Counted from the first letter of the stretch, positions 1 to 7,752 are shown. The stretch is DNA of 64,000 nt from an uncultured Gemmatimonadaceae bacterium (GCA_964557115.1 CAZKYO010000015.1:1063-65062); one strand, 5' to 3'. Translations and numbers: made by a program. Notes: generated by a model from the sequence alone, not told the origin.

Positions 1-58
1 GCACCTCGTACTGCGTGCCGGTGCGGTTGTCGGTGATGGTGAGGGTGTCGCTGGCCAC
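1..58 (-). CDS. 5' end of a CDS running off the window; product not determinable (N-terminus VASDTLTITDNRTGTQYEV is weakly reminiscent of citrate synthase N-termini)
   Basis: GTG at 58 (minus strand), AAGGA Shine-Dalgarno (rc of 65-69) 6 nt upstream, GC-rich third positions. Only 19 codons are visible. Confidence 0.3.
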   Translation of the reverse strand, partial: MASDTLTITDNRTGTQYEV

Positions 59-169
59 GGCGAATCCTTGGGGTGCAGAAGGTGGCGAAGGCGCCCCGGC
101 GGGGCATCCCGGAAGATACACGGGACGCCGCCCCTTGCGGTGGGCGGCGGACGCGGCGTTCCGTTGGGG

Positions 170-1015
170 ATGACCAGCCCCGCCACCCTCGATCCCGCCG
201 CGCGCCGCCGCGGCTTCCTGCTCGGCGCCCCGGTGGGCGTCGCCCTGGCACATCGGCGCACTGACGCCTCCCCGCCGCCGGGACGACGCGACGCCGTCGT
301 CGCCCTCGGCGACGGATTGCTGGAGGAGTTGCTGTCCGGCGGGGTCGATCTCCGGCGCCTGGCGCGGCGGTGGGTCGCGTGGTGGGAGTCCGACGGCTTC
401 GGGGCCGATCCCGCGCTGGTGGAGGCGCTCACCTGGCTGCGCGACACTGATGCGCCGCCGTCCCGGCTCGCCTCCCGCGGCCCCGCGGCGATCGTCGCCG
501 CGCTGCCGGCGGCGCTCGCGTCGGCCTCGCCACGCACGATGACCTCCGGTGCCTTCCACACCGCGCGTCTCGTCGATCCCGATCCCGACGCGTGCCTCGC
601 CGCCGTGGCGGTCGTTGTCGCCGCGGCGCGGCTCCTCGACGGCAGCCGCGACGTCATCCCGGAAGTGCTCACCCTGCTGCGCACGAACGGGGCGGGGGGG
701 GCGCTGCTCGATCGCTTCGTCGCGATCGTGCGCGATCCGCGCGACGCGCCGCCGATTCCCGAAGGCCCCGCCGTCGCCGCCGTGGATGCCGCGGTGGCGG
801 TGCTCTGGACGGTGCACCACCAGGCCGATCCGCGCGTGGCGATCGAACGGCTGCTCACGCCGCCCGCACCGAACGCGGCCGTCGTCGCCACGGCGGCGTC
901 ACTCCTCGGGGCGCGCGACGGCGTCGACCGCTGGCCGCGCGAATGGCTTGCGGCCGCCGGGGAAGAGGCCGCCCTGCGCGAGGCCCTCGCGCGCCGACTC
1001 GACGCCAGCGACTGA
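170..1015 (+). CDS. Hypothetical protein, degenerate ADP-ribosylglycohydrolase-like
   Basis: ORF 68-1015 trimmed to the ATG at 170 (MTSPATLD). Ala/Leu-rich helical protein whose C-terminal AVVATAASLLGARDGVDRWPREW resembles the ARH GGDTDT-x-AIAGALLGA-x-G-x-IP-x-W segment, but without the acidic metal ligands. Confidence 0.4.
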   Translation: MTSPATLDPAARRRGFLLGAPVGVALAHRRTDASPPPGRRDAVVALGDGLLEELLSGGVDLRRLARRWVAWWESDGFGADPALVEALTWLRDTDAPPSRLASRGPAAIVAALPAALASASPRTMTSGAFHTARLVDPDPDACLAAVAVVVAAARLLDGSRDVIPEVLTLLRTNGAGGALLDRFVAIVRDPRDAPPIPEGPAVAAVDAAVAVLWTVHHQADPRVAIERLLTPPAPNAAVVATAASLLGARDGVDRWPREWLAAAGEEAALREALARRLDASD

Positions 1016-1121
1016 GGCGGCTGCGGCCCGATCGCGGTTCGCGGGCGATTCGGGACTCTCATTCCACAACCGGAAATGCCGAGGGCAGGGTTCGGCTTTC
1101 CGAGCCCAAGATGCGCTTGCA

Positions 1122-1135
1122 CTTGTGATCACAAG
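1122..1135. promoter_or_regulatory. Perfect 14-bp palindrome CTTGTGATCACAAG upstream of the multihaem cluster
   Basis: Seen directly in the AT-richer 270-nt intergenic region. Two further TGATC-containing dyads lie at 1138-1155 and 1180-1191. Confidence 0.35.
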
Positions 1136-1285
1136 CACTTGCGTGATCGGTCAAGAAAGGGGACAAAAACCGTCCCCCATTGATCACTCAACTGCTGCTC
1201 TGGCAAGGGATTGCGGACCACCACGGGGCAGCGTACCGTAGATCTACGGAGTCGCAATCTTCGTCGTTCGCCGAGGTGAACCGTT

Positions 1286-2836
1286 ATGCTCACGACCCGT
1301 TCTGCCCTTCGCGGCCTCCTCTTCCTCCTGCCGATCCTGGCCCTTTCCGGCTGCACCGACGAACAGATCGTCTATCGCGACCGGGAGCCCTACAATCAGC
1401 CTGATGCGGCGGCGGCCGGCTTCCTCGGCTACTACACCGCCTCGGCGAAGAAGACGACGTGCGGCAACTGCCACGTCGGGCACCAGTCCGACTGGGTCGG
1501 CACCAGGCACGCGGGAGCGTGGGAGGACCTCGAGGCCTCCGGTCACGCGAACGACACCTGCCGGCAGTGCCACAGCGTCAACGCCAAGGGCAACTCGGCC
1601 GACGGCACCGTGGGCTGGGACGCCACCAAGGACTCGGTGTACCGCGACGTGCAGTGCGAGTCCTGCCACGGCCCGGGCCTCGAGCACGTGAAGAACCCGG
1701 AGGTTGCGGCGAACATCCCGCTGGCCAACGCGAACATCGCCGACGTCGACGCCAGCTGCGCCAGCTGCCACAACGGGACGCACCATCCGTTCGTCGAGCA
1801 GTGGTCGCTCTCGCGGCACGCGCAGGTCGAGGAGCACACCGTCGGCAACGCCTCGTGTGCTGGCTGCCACGACGGCAAGGCATCGCTGCTGCGGTTCTCG
1901 GGGCAGGATCCGGTGTTTGCCGACAAGGGCGACACCGAGACCTGGCCGGTGACCTGCACCGTCTGCCACGACCCGCACAGCGACCGCAACGAGGGCCAGT
2001 TGCGCAAGCCGGTCAACTCGACCGATCCCGAAGAGAACCTCTGCATGCAGTGCCACATGCGGAAGATCGAGCCCAGCGGCGGCAATTCCCGCGGCAACGC
2101 CCCGCACGCCCCGCAGGGGGCCGTGGTGATCGGCGTCGCCGGATATCGCCCGGCCAACTTTGCCTCGCCCGACGACCAGATCATCTCGACGCACGGGTCA
2201 GGCGCGAATCCGCGACTGTGCGCCGGGTGCCACGTGAACAAGTTCAACGTGACCGATGCCGCCGGCGGCTTCGTCCTCACCTCGGTCGGCCACACCTTCG
2301 GCGCGCTGCCGTGCGTCGATGCCAACGGCGCGCCGATCGGCAACAGCGGCTGCGAGTACACCACGACCGCCCGGACCTTCGTCGGCTGCGTCAACTCGGG
2401 ATGCCATGCCTCGGGGCAGGTTGCGGCCAGCGCGCTCGTGTCGCTCCGGACCCAGATGTCGACCCTGGCCAACCAGCTCTGGGTCGACGGCGACCATGAC
2501 GAGACGATCGACGCCTTCCCGACCGACCAGGGGATGCTGGCGATCATCAAGCGGGACTTCCCGACGGCGATCAACGCCAGCGACAACGTGATCACGCCCG
2601 CCGACGGCGCCGAATTCAACGTGAAGCTGTTTGGCGAGGGTCGGTATGCCAATGGCGACAAGTCCCTCGGCGTCCACAACCCGTTCCTGGCGAAGGCGCT
2701 CCTCGCGGCGAACATCGCCGAGTTGCAGCAGACCTACGGCGTGTCGATCACCGAGCCGGGCGTGGCCGAGCTGGTGCAGTCGTCGATGCAGGCCGCGCGC
2801 GCGCGGTATCCGAACCTGCTGAGCCATCAGCGTTGA
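1286..2836 (+). CDS. Multihaem c-type cytochrome lipoprotein (8 CXXCH + 1 CX4CH)
   Basis: Signal peptide with lipobox LALSGC. Motifs CGNCH, CRQCH, CESCH, CASCH, CAGCH, CTVCH, CMQCH, CAGCH plus CVNSGCH, followed by a haem-free helical C-terminal domain. Confidence 0.85.
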   Translation: MLTTRSALRGLLFLLPILALSGCTDEQIVYRDREPYNQPDAAAAGFLGYYTASAKKTTCGNCHVGHQSDWVGTRHAGAWEDLEASGHANDTCRQCHSVNAKGNSADGTVGWDATKDSVYRDVQCESCHGPGLEHVKNPEVAANIPLANANIADVDASCASCHNGTHHPFVEQWSLSRHAQVEEHTVGNASCAGCHDGKASLLRFSGQDPVFADKGDTETWPVTCTVCHDPHSDRNEGQLRKPVNSTDPEENLCMQCHMRKIEPSGGNSRGNAPHAPQGAVVIGVAGYRPANFASPDDQIISTHGSGANPRLCAGCHVNKFNVTDAAGGFVLTSVGHTFGALPCVDANGAPIGNSGCEYTTTARTFVGCVNSGCHASGQVAASALVSLRTQMSTLANQLWVDGDHDETIDAFPTDQGMLAIIKRDFPTAINASDNVITPADGAEFNVKLFGEGRYANGDKSLGVHNPFLAKALLAANIAELQQTYGVSITEPGVAELVQSSMQAARARYPNLLSHQR

Positions 2837-2837
2837 G

Positions 2838-4853
2838 TTGGCCGTCCAGGCGCCGCTGATGGTCCTGCAGGGGAATCCCCCGGACACCCTCGTCGACTCG
2901 ACGCTGGCGAGGTTCCAGCAGGGAATTCCGGCCGAGGCCTCTCCCCTTCCGGGAGGGGTCTCGGCCGTGATGCGGGTGATCTTCAACGCCCCGCTCTGGG
3001 CCTGGTTGACCGCGATCGTCGTCGGGCTGGTCGTCGCCGTCATGGTGGTCCGGCTGGCCTGGACCAACCGGGTGCGACTGCGCGGGTGGGTCACCACGCG
3101 TGACCGGGGCGCCAGGTTCGCCATGCTGGGCGCGCTGGTGGTGGTGCTTGGCCTGGTCGGCTTCACCGGGCTGTCGGGCTGGAACTACATGCAGCACGAC
3201 AACGACTTCTGCGTCAGCTGCCACGTGATGCAGGGGCCGTGGAACAAGTTCGCGGCGGACGCGGGGAAGCACAGCGACCGCAAGTGCCACGACTGCCACC
3301 AGCAGTCGCTCTACGCCTCGGCGCGCCAGCTCGTCCTCTGGGTCGCCGATCGCCCGCAGGACATCCCCAAGCACGCGCCGGTCCCCAATGCGCGCTGCGA
3401 GTCGTGCCACAACACCAACGGCGACTCGCTCTGGACCCGGATCGAGGAGACGGCGGGCCACCGGACCCATCTCGAGTCCGATTCGCTCAAGGCCCAGGGG
3501 ATCACCTGCGTGACCTGCCACGGCGCCGAGGTGCACGAGTTCCTGCCGGCCAGCCGGACCTGCGGGCAGTCGGGTTGCCACGAGGACCTGCACATCACGC
3601 TTGGCAAGATGGCGAGCCAGACCACTCTGCACTGCAACCAGTGCCACCAGTTCACCGCCGAGGTGCCCCGCCTGGCCACGCGGGACTCGGCGGCCGGGAC
3701 GCTGCGACCGGGATCGCAGCAGTGCTTCGCCTGCCACCAGATGCGCGAGCGGCTGCCGGACTTCGACCTGAGTCGCGATCCCCACGGCGGCACCTGCGGG
3801 ACGTGCCACAATCCCCACACCCAGGACCGGCCCGAGGACGCGGCGAAGACCTGCACCGATGCCGGCTGCCACGCCGACTGGCGCAACGTGTTCTTCCACA
3901 CCGGGCCTGCGCACCGGAAACAGGGGGAGAACTGCCTCACCTGCCACGCGCCGCACGCCGCAAAGGTCGACGCGAGCGACTGCGTCGGCTGCCACAGCGC
4001 GGTGCGCGAACGGGGGATCCGCCAGCTCCGGCCACCGATGCCGTTCGACACCACGGCGGCGCTCCGGCAGGTCTCGGCGCGGCCCGCGGCGCACCAGCCG
4101 CCGACCGGGGCGGCGGTGCTCGACCCGGTCGCACCGGTGGAACCGCCGCCGCGCGGGAAGGGCGACGCGCCGCCCCCGGACGAGCGACCTCCGAGCGCGA
4201 CACACGTTCCGGCCTCCGTCCAGGTTCCACCCGCCGATTCCTTTCCGCACGCCCGTCACCGATCCCTCGCCTGCATCACCTGCCACGTCTCGCCCGGCTC
4301 CCAGTCGGGCCGCCTGACGTTCGAGCGGCCCCGCGGTTGCGACATCTGCCATCACCAGGCGGCCGCGACGAACAAGTGTGAGCGGTGCCACCGGACCGAC
4401 CGGCTGGCGGTGCCCATGGACGCCACGGTGCAGGTGACGGTCGCGGGACACGCGCCGCGCAGCCGGCCCGTCGTGTTCCGGCATCCGACCCACGATTCGC
4501 TCGCGTGCACCGAGTGTCACACCACGGCGGTCTCGCTCGAACCGAGCGCCGCGACCAAGGGCTGCACGGCGTGCCATGCGTCGCACCACACCGCGAATCG
4601 TCAGTGTGCGGCGTGCCACACCGGCGAGTCGCTGCGGACCGCCCACGCGGCGGACGTGCGCGCGAGCCACCAGCGCTGCGATGCTTGCCACGCACCGGCG
4701 ACGGTCGCCCTGCTGACGCCGGACCGGTCGTTCTGCGCGACATGCCACGCCGCGCAGCGTGCCGACCACTATTCGGCGAAGCAGTGCACCACCTGCCACT
4801 TCCTCGCCGACCCATCCGACTATCGGTCCCACCTGGTCGGCGGGAAGGGATGA
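2838..4853 (+). CDS. Membrane-anchored multihaem c-type cytochrome: NapC/NirT-like N-terminus fused to a long haem-rich domain (18 CXXCH + 2 CX4CH)
   Basis: TTG start 1 nt after the preceding stop. Two hydrophobic helices, then FCVSCH and CHDCH as in NapC/NirT/NrfH-type quinol dehydrogenases. Pro-rich linker (about nt 4027-4250), then 9 more CXXCH. Confidence 0.85.
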   Translation: MAVQAPLMVLQGNPPDTLVDSTLARFQQGIPAEASPLPGGVSAVMRVIFNAPLWAWLTAIVVGLVVAVMVVRLAWTNRVRLRGWVTTRDRGARFAMLGALVVVLGLVGFTGLSGWNYMQHDNDFCVSCHVMQGPWNKFAADAGKHSDRKCHDCHQQSLYASARQLVLWVADRPQDIPKHAPVPNARCESCHNTNGDSLWTRIEETAGHRTHLESDSLKAQGITCVTCHGAEVHEFLPASRTCGQSGCHEDLHITLGKMASQTTLHCNQCHQFTAEVPRLATRDSAAGTLRPGSQQCFACHQMRERLPDFDLSRDPHGGTCGTCHNPHTQDRPEDAAKTCTDAGCHADWRNVFFHTGPAHRKQGENCLTCHAPHAAKVDASDCVGCHSAVRERGIRQLRPPMPFDTTAALRQVSARPAAHQPPTGAAVLDPVAPVEPPPRGKGDAPPPDERPPSATHVPASVQVPPADSFPHARHRSLACITCHVSPGSQSGRLTFERPRGCDICHHQAAATNKCERCHRTDRLAVPMDATVQVTVAGHAPRSRPVVFRHPTHDSLACTECHTTAVSLEPSAATKGCTACHASHHTANRQCAACHTGESLRTAHAADVRASHQRCDACHAPATVALLTPDRSFCATCHAAQRADHYSAKQCTTCHFLADPSDYRSHLVGGKG

Positions 4854-6334
4854 TGCCCCGCCGGCTCGTGCTGCCGATCGTCCTCGCCGCCGCGATCACG
4901 GCACCGCTGGCGGCCCAGGGCTACCGCCTGCGCGTCGACAGCCGGATGCAGGGCATCTCGTGGCGCGGCCTCGAACTCGACAGCATCCCGTTCGCGAATG
5001 CCGTGGCGAATGGCCATGGCGGCTACGAGACGCCGGATGGGCTCGAGGCCCGTTGCCTCGGGGCGCAGTGCCTCTACTTCCGCGCCGGCGGCGTGCAGCG
5101 CGGCGTGCCCTGGGTGACGCAAGCCGACGCCTCGCTCTGGGGCTTCGGGTTGCCGGGCCTGAGCGCGCGGGTCAATGCCCGCCTCAGCGAGGACCTGGGC
5201 AAGGACGCCACGTGGCCCGGGAGCGAGCCGGCGTTGCAGCTCTACGAGGCGTACCTCGAGTACGCCACGCCGTCGCTCACCGCCCGCGCCGGCCGTCAGT
5301 TCCTCACGGGACGCCTCGGCAGTTACGGGCTCGACGGTGGGCGGGTCACCTATCGTCTCCCGTCGCTCGGGCTCGAGGCCGGCGCCTACCTGGGCTGGGG
5401 TCTCGCGAGGGGGACGGCCCTCGTCGTCACCGATCCGGCGCTCAACCCGCTCGATGACTTCCAGCCGCGGGATCGTCAGGTCGTGGCCGGGGCCGACGTC
5501 GCGTGGAACGGGCGGTTCGCCGACCTGCGGGCCGAGTATCGCCGAGAGGTCGACCCGGCAGTGCACTATTTCGTGTCCGAGCGCGCCTCGGCGGCGCTGG
5601 CCCTGCGGCCGATGTCCCGCCTCCGCCTGAGCGGGGGCGCGGTGTACGACATGGCGTTCGGCCAGTTCGGCTCGGCCGAGGCGGCGGCGTCGTGGGTATC
5701 GCGGCTGGTCACGGTGTCGGCGGGCGCGCGTCGTTACCGTCCGCTGTTCGACCTGTGGACCATCTGGGGCGCCTTCTCGCCGGCCGGCTACGAGGCGATC
5801 CACGGCGGCGTGGACGTGACGCCCGTGCGGTTCCTCGTGCTGCACGTGCGGGGCGAGAAGTACCGCTTCGACGACACCGAGACTTCCACGCCGCTGGTCG
5901 ACGTGGAGGACCATGGCTGGCGCTACGACGCGTCCGTGACCTGGATGCCCGATGCCCATTGGACCCTCATCGCGGGACACCAGGCCGAGTTCGGTCCCGG
6001 GGCCGCGTCGCTCGGCTACGACGGGCGGGTCATGTGGGAACCGACGGCGCGGCTGGCGCTCTCGGCGCACGCGTCGCGACTGCGGCGGCCGCTCGAGCTG
6101 CGGTTCAGCGACGCGACGCTGACGGCGTTCGGCGGCGACCTGACCCTTCGGCCGGATGATCGCTGGCGGTTCGATCTCGGTGCCTCGCGGGTGCGCGAGG
6201 ATCGCGACCGTCCCGACGCCGCGGCGATCGACTGGGACCAGTGGCGGGTCACGGCACGGATGAGCTGGGTGATCGGCTCATCCGCCGATCGGTTGCCGCT
6301 CCCGCGCGCCATCCCGACCGGGAGCAACCAGTGA
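4850..6334 (+). CDS. Haem-free secreted protein, predicted outer-membrane beta-barrel (porin-like)
   Basis: ATG at 4850 overlaps the upstream TGA (ATGA). Signal peptide MMPRRLVLPIVLAAAITAPLAAQG. Many alternating hydrophobic/polar stretches of strand length (VTYRLPSLGLEAGAYLGWGL, WRYDASVTWMPDAHWTLIAGHQAEF, RWRFDLGASRV). No Cys or haem motif. ORF 4385-6334 was trimmed. Confidence 0.55.
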   Translation: MMPRRLVLPIVLAAAITAPLAAQGYRLRVDSRMQGISWRGLELDSIPFANAVANGHGGYETPDGLEARCLGAQCLYFRAGGVQRGVPWVTQADASLWGFGLPGLSARVNARLSEDLGKDATWPGSEPALQLYEAYLEYATPSLTARAGRQFLTGRLGSYGLDGGRVTYRLPSLGLEAGAYLGWGLARGTALVVTDPALNPLDDFQPRDRQVVAGADVAWNGRFADLRAEYRREVDPAVHYFVSERASAALALRPMSRLRLSGGAVYDMAFGQFGSAEAAASWVSRLVTVSAGARRYRPLFDLWTIWGAFSPAGYEAIHGGVDVTPVRFLVLHVRGEKYRFDDTETSTPLVDVEDHGWRYDASVTWMPDAHWTLIAGHQAEFGPGAASLGYDGRVMWEPTARLALSAHASRLRRPLELRFSDATLTAFGGDLTLRPDDRWRFDLGASRVREDRDRPDAAAIDWDQWRVTARMSWVIGSSADRLPLPRAIPTGSNQ

Positions 6335-7752
6335 CCCGGTTCCTGCGCCGCGTGCTCCCGGTGCTTGTCGTCGGCCTCGTCGCCTGGGGCGTCGCACAGG
6401 CGCGCAATCCCGCGCCGGTGTTCGACCACGCCAAGCACGTGCGGCTCTTCCCGGCATCGTGCGGCGCCTGCCATCTCGGTGCCGAACAGGACGGGGCACC
6501 GATCTACCCGACGGTGACGTCCTGCGCCGCCTGCCATGACGGCGTGGCCAAGTCCGCGGCCGAATGGCAACCACCCACCGCGAGCAAGCCGACCAACCTC
6601 CGCTTCACCCACGCCGCACATCGACGGGAGACCGGCGACACGGTCCGCTGTGCGAGCTGCCATGCGGGGACCGGGGCGCCCGGATCGATCCATCGAGACG
6701 ATCCGGAGCAGTGTGTCTCGTGTCACGAGCCCGGAAAGCGACACCTGACCGCCTCGGATCGCCAATGTGCCCGCTGCCACGTCCCGCTGGCGCGCGCCAC
6801 GGCGCTGTCGACCGACCGGATCGCCGCGTTCCCGACGCCGCCCAACCACCAGGCCACCGATTTCGCCACCGGTGGACACGGTACCCTGGCCGCGCAGGGG
6901 AACGGCGTGGCCGCGAGCTGTGCGACTTGCCACGCGCGGACCTTCTGCGCGGCCTGCCACGTCAACGCCCCCGAGACCGCCGCGATCCAGGCGCTGATGC
7001 CCGACGCGCGCTCGCTCGCGATCAAGGCGGAGCTCAAGGCGCCGGCCACTCACGCGAGCCCGACCTTCCTCGATGCGCACGGCAGGCAGGCCGCCGGTGA
7101 TCCGGCGCGGTGCGCGACCTGTCACGCCCAGCCGAGTTGCACCGCCTGTCACGTCGCGCCCGGCCCCAAGGCGGTGCGCGCGATGGCAAGGCCCGGCGAG
7201 GGGCGGGGCACCGGTGCGGTCGTCACGCGACACGCGCCCGCGACCCACACGGCGGCCTTCACCGAGGGGCACGGACCCGACGCCGCGGCGTCCCCCCGCA
7301 CCTGCGAGACGTGCCATCGCCGCGACCAGTGCCTCACCTGTCACCGCGGGTCGCCGACCACGGGGGCCAACTACCACCCGGCGAACTTCCTGACGCGCCA
7401 CCCGGCTGCCACCTACGCGCGCCAGACGAGTTGTGCCGACTGCCACAACGTGCAGCAGTTCTGCGTCACCTGCCACGCCTCGGCGGGTCTCAACGCCCAC
7501 AACACGCTGCGGGCGGGACCCTACCACGATGCCAAGGGTGCCTTCGTGCTGAACCACGGCCAGGCGGCGCGGCAGTCGCTCGAGTCGTGCGTCTCCTGCC
7601 ACGTCGAGCGCGACTGCACCTCCTGCCACTCGGCGCTCGGCGGACGGCGCTTCTCGCCGCATGGCCCGGGCTTCGACGCCGACCGGCTCCGTCGCCGGAA
7701 CCCCGAGATGTGCATCGCCTGCCACGGCCGGGCGATCCCGGGAGCGAGCTGA
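6331..7752 (+). CDS. Multihaem c-type cytochrome (16 CXXCH, five doubled CXXCH units)
   Basis: GTG at 6331 overlaps the upstream TGA (GTGA). N-terminal signal/anchor VTRFLRRVLPVLVVGLVAWGVAQA. 16 CXXCH, including 5 pairs spaced CXXCH-x4/5-CXXCH, each preceded by an H-x-n-C c7/c3-like context. Confidence 0.85.
   Translation: MTRFLRRVLPVLVVGLVAWGVAQARNPAPVFDHAKHVRLFPASCGACHLGAEQDGAPIYPTVTSCAACHDGVAKSAAEWQPPTASKPTNLRFTHAAHRRETGDTVRCASCHAGTGAPGSIHRDDPEQCVSCHEPGKRHLTASDRQCARCHVPLARATALSTDRIAAFPTPPNHQATDFATGGHGTLAAQGNGVAASCATCHARTFCAACHVNAPETAAIQALMPDARSLAIKAELKAPATHASPTFLDAHGRQAAGDPARCATCHAQPSCTACHVAPGPKAVRAMARPGEGRGTGAVVTRHAPATHTAAFTEGHGPDAAASPRTCETCHRRDQCLTCHRGSPTTGANYHPANFLTRHPAATYARQTSCADCHNVQQFCVTCHASAGLNAHNTLRAGPYHDAKGAFVLNHGQAARQSLESCVSCHVERDCTSCHSALGGRRFSPHGPGFDADRLRRRNPEMCIACHGRAIPGAS

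Noticed and set aside
1159-1177. The GGGGAC-aaaaacc-GTCCCC hairpin as the terminator of the upstream ARH-like gene.
   Set aside because: The stem is short, there is no T-tract, and it lies 145 nt past the stop, inside the putative operator cluster. Its function is undetermined, so it is not called as a terminator.
2748-4832. A 694-aa ORF antisense to the 20-haem cytochrome gene. Similar very long antisense or out-of-frame ORFs occur at 13533-16475, 36270-38543, 47272-49617, 53905-55545 and 60175-62349.
   Set aside because: The translations are Arg/Pro/Gly/His-rich, motif-free and lie opposite ORFs with unmistakable family signatures. Long stop-free antisense frames are expected in very GC-rich DNA.
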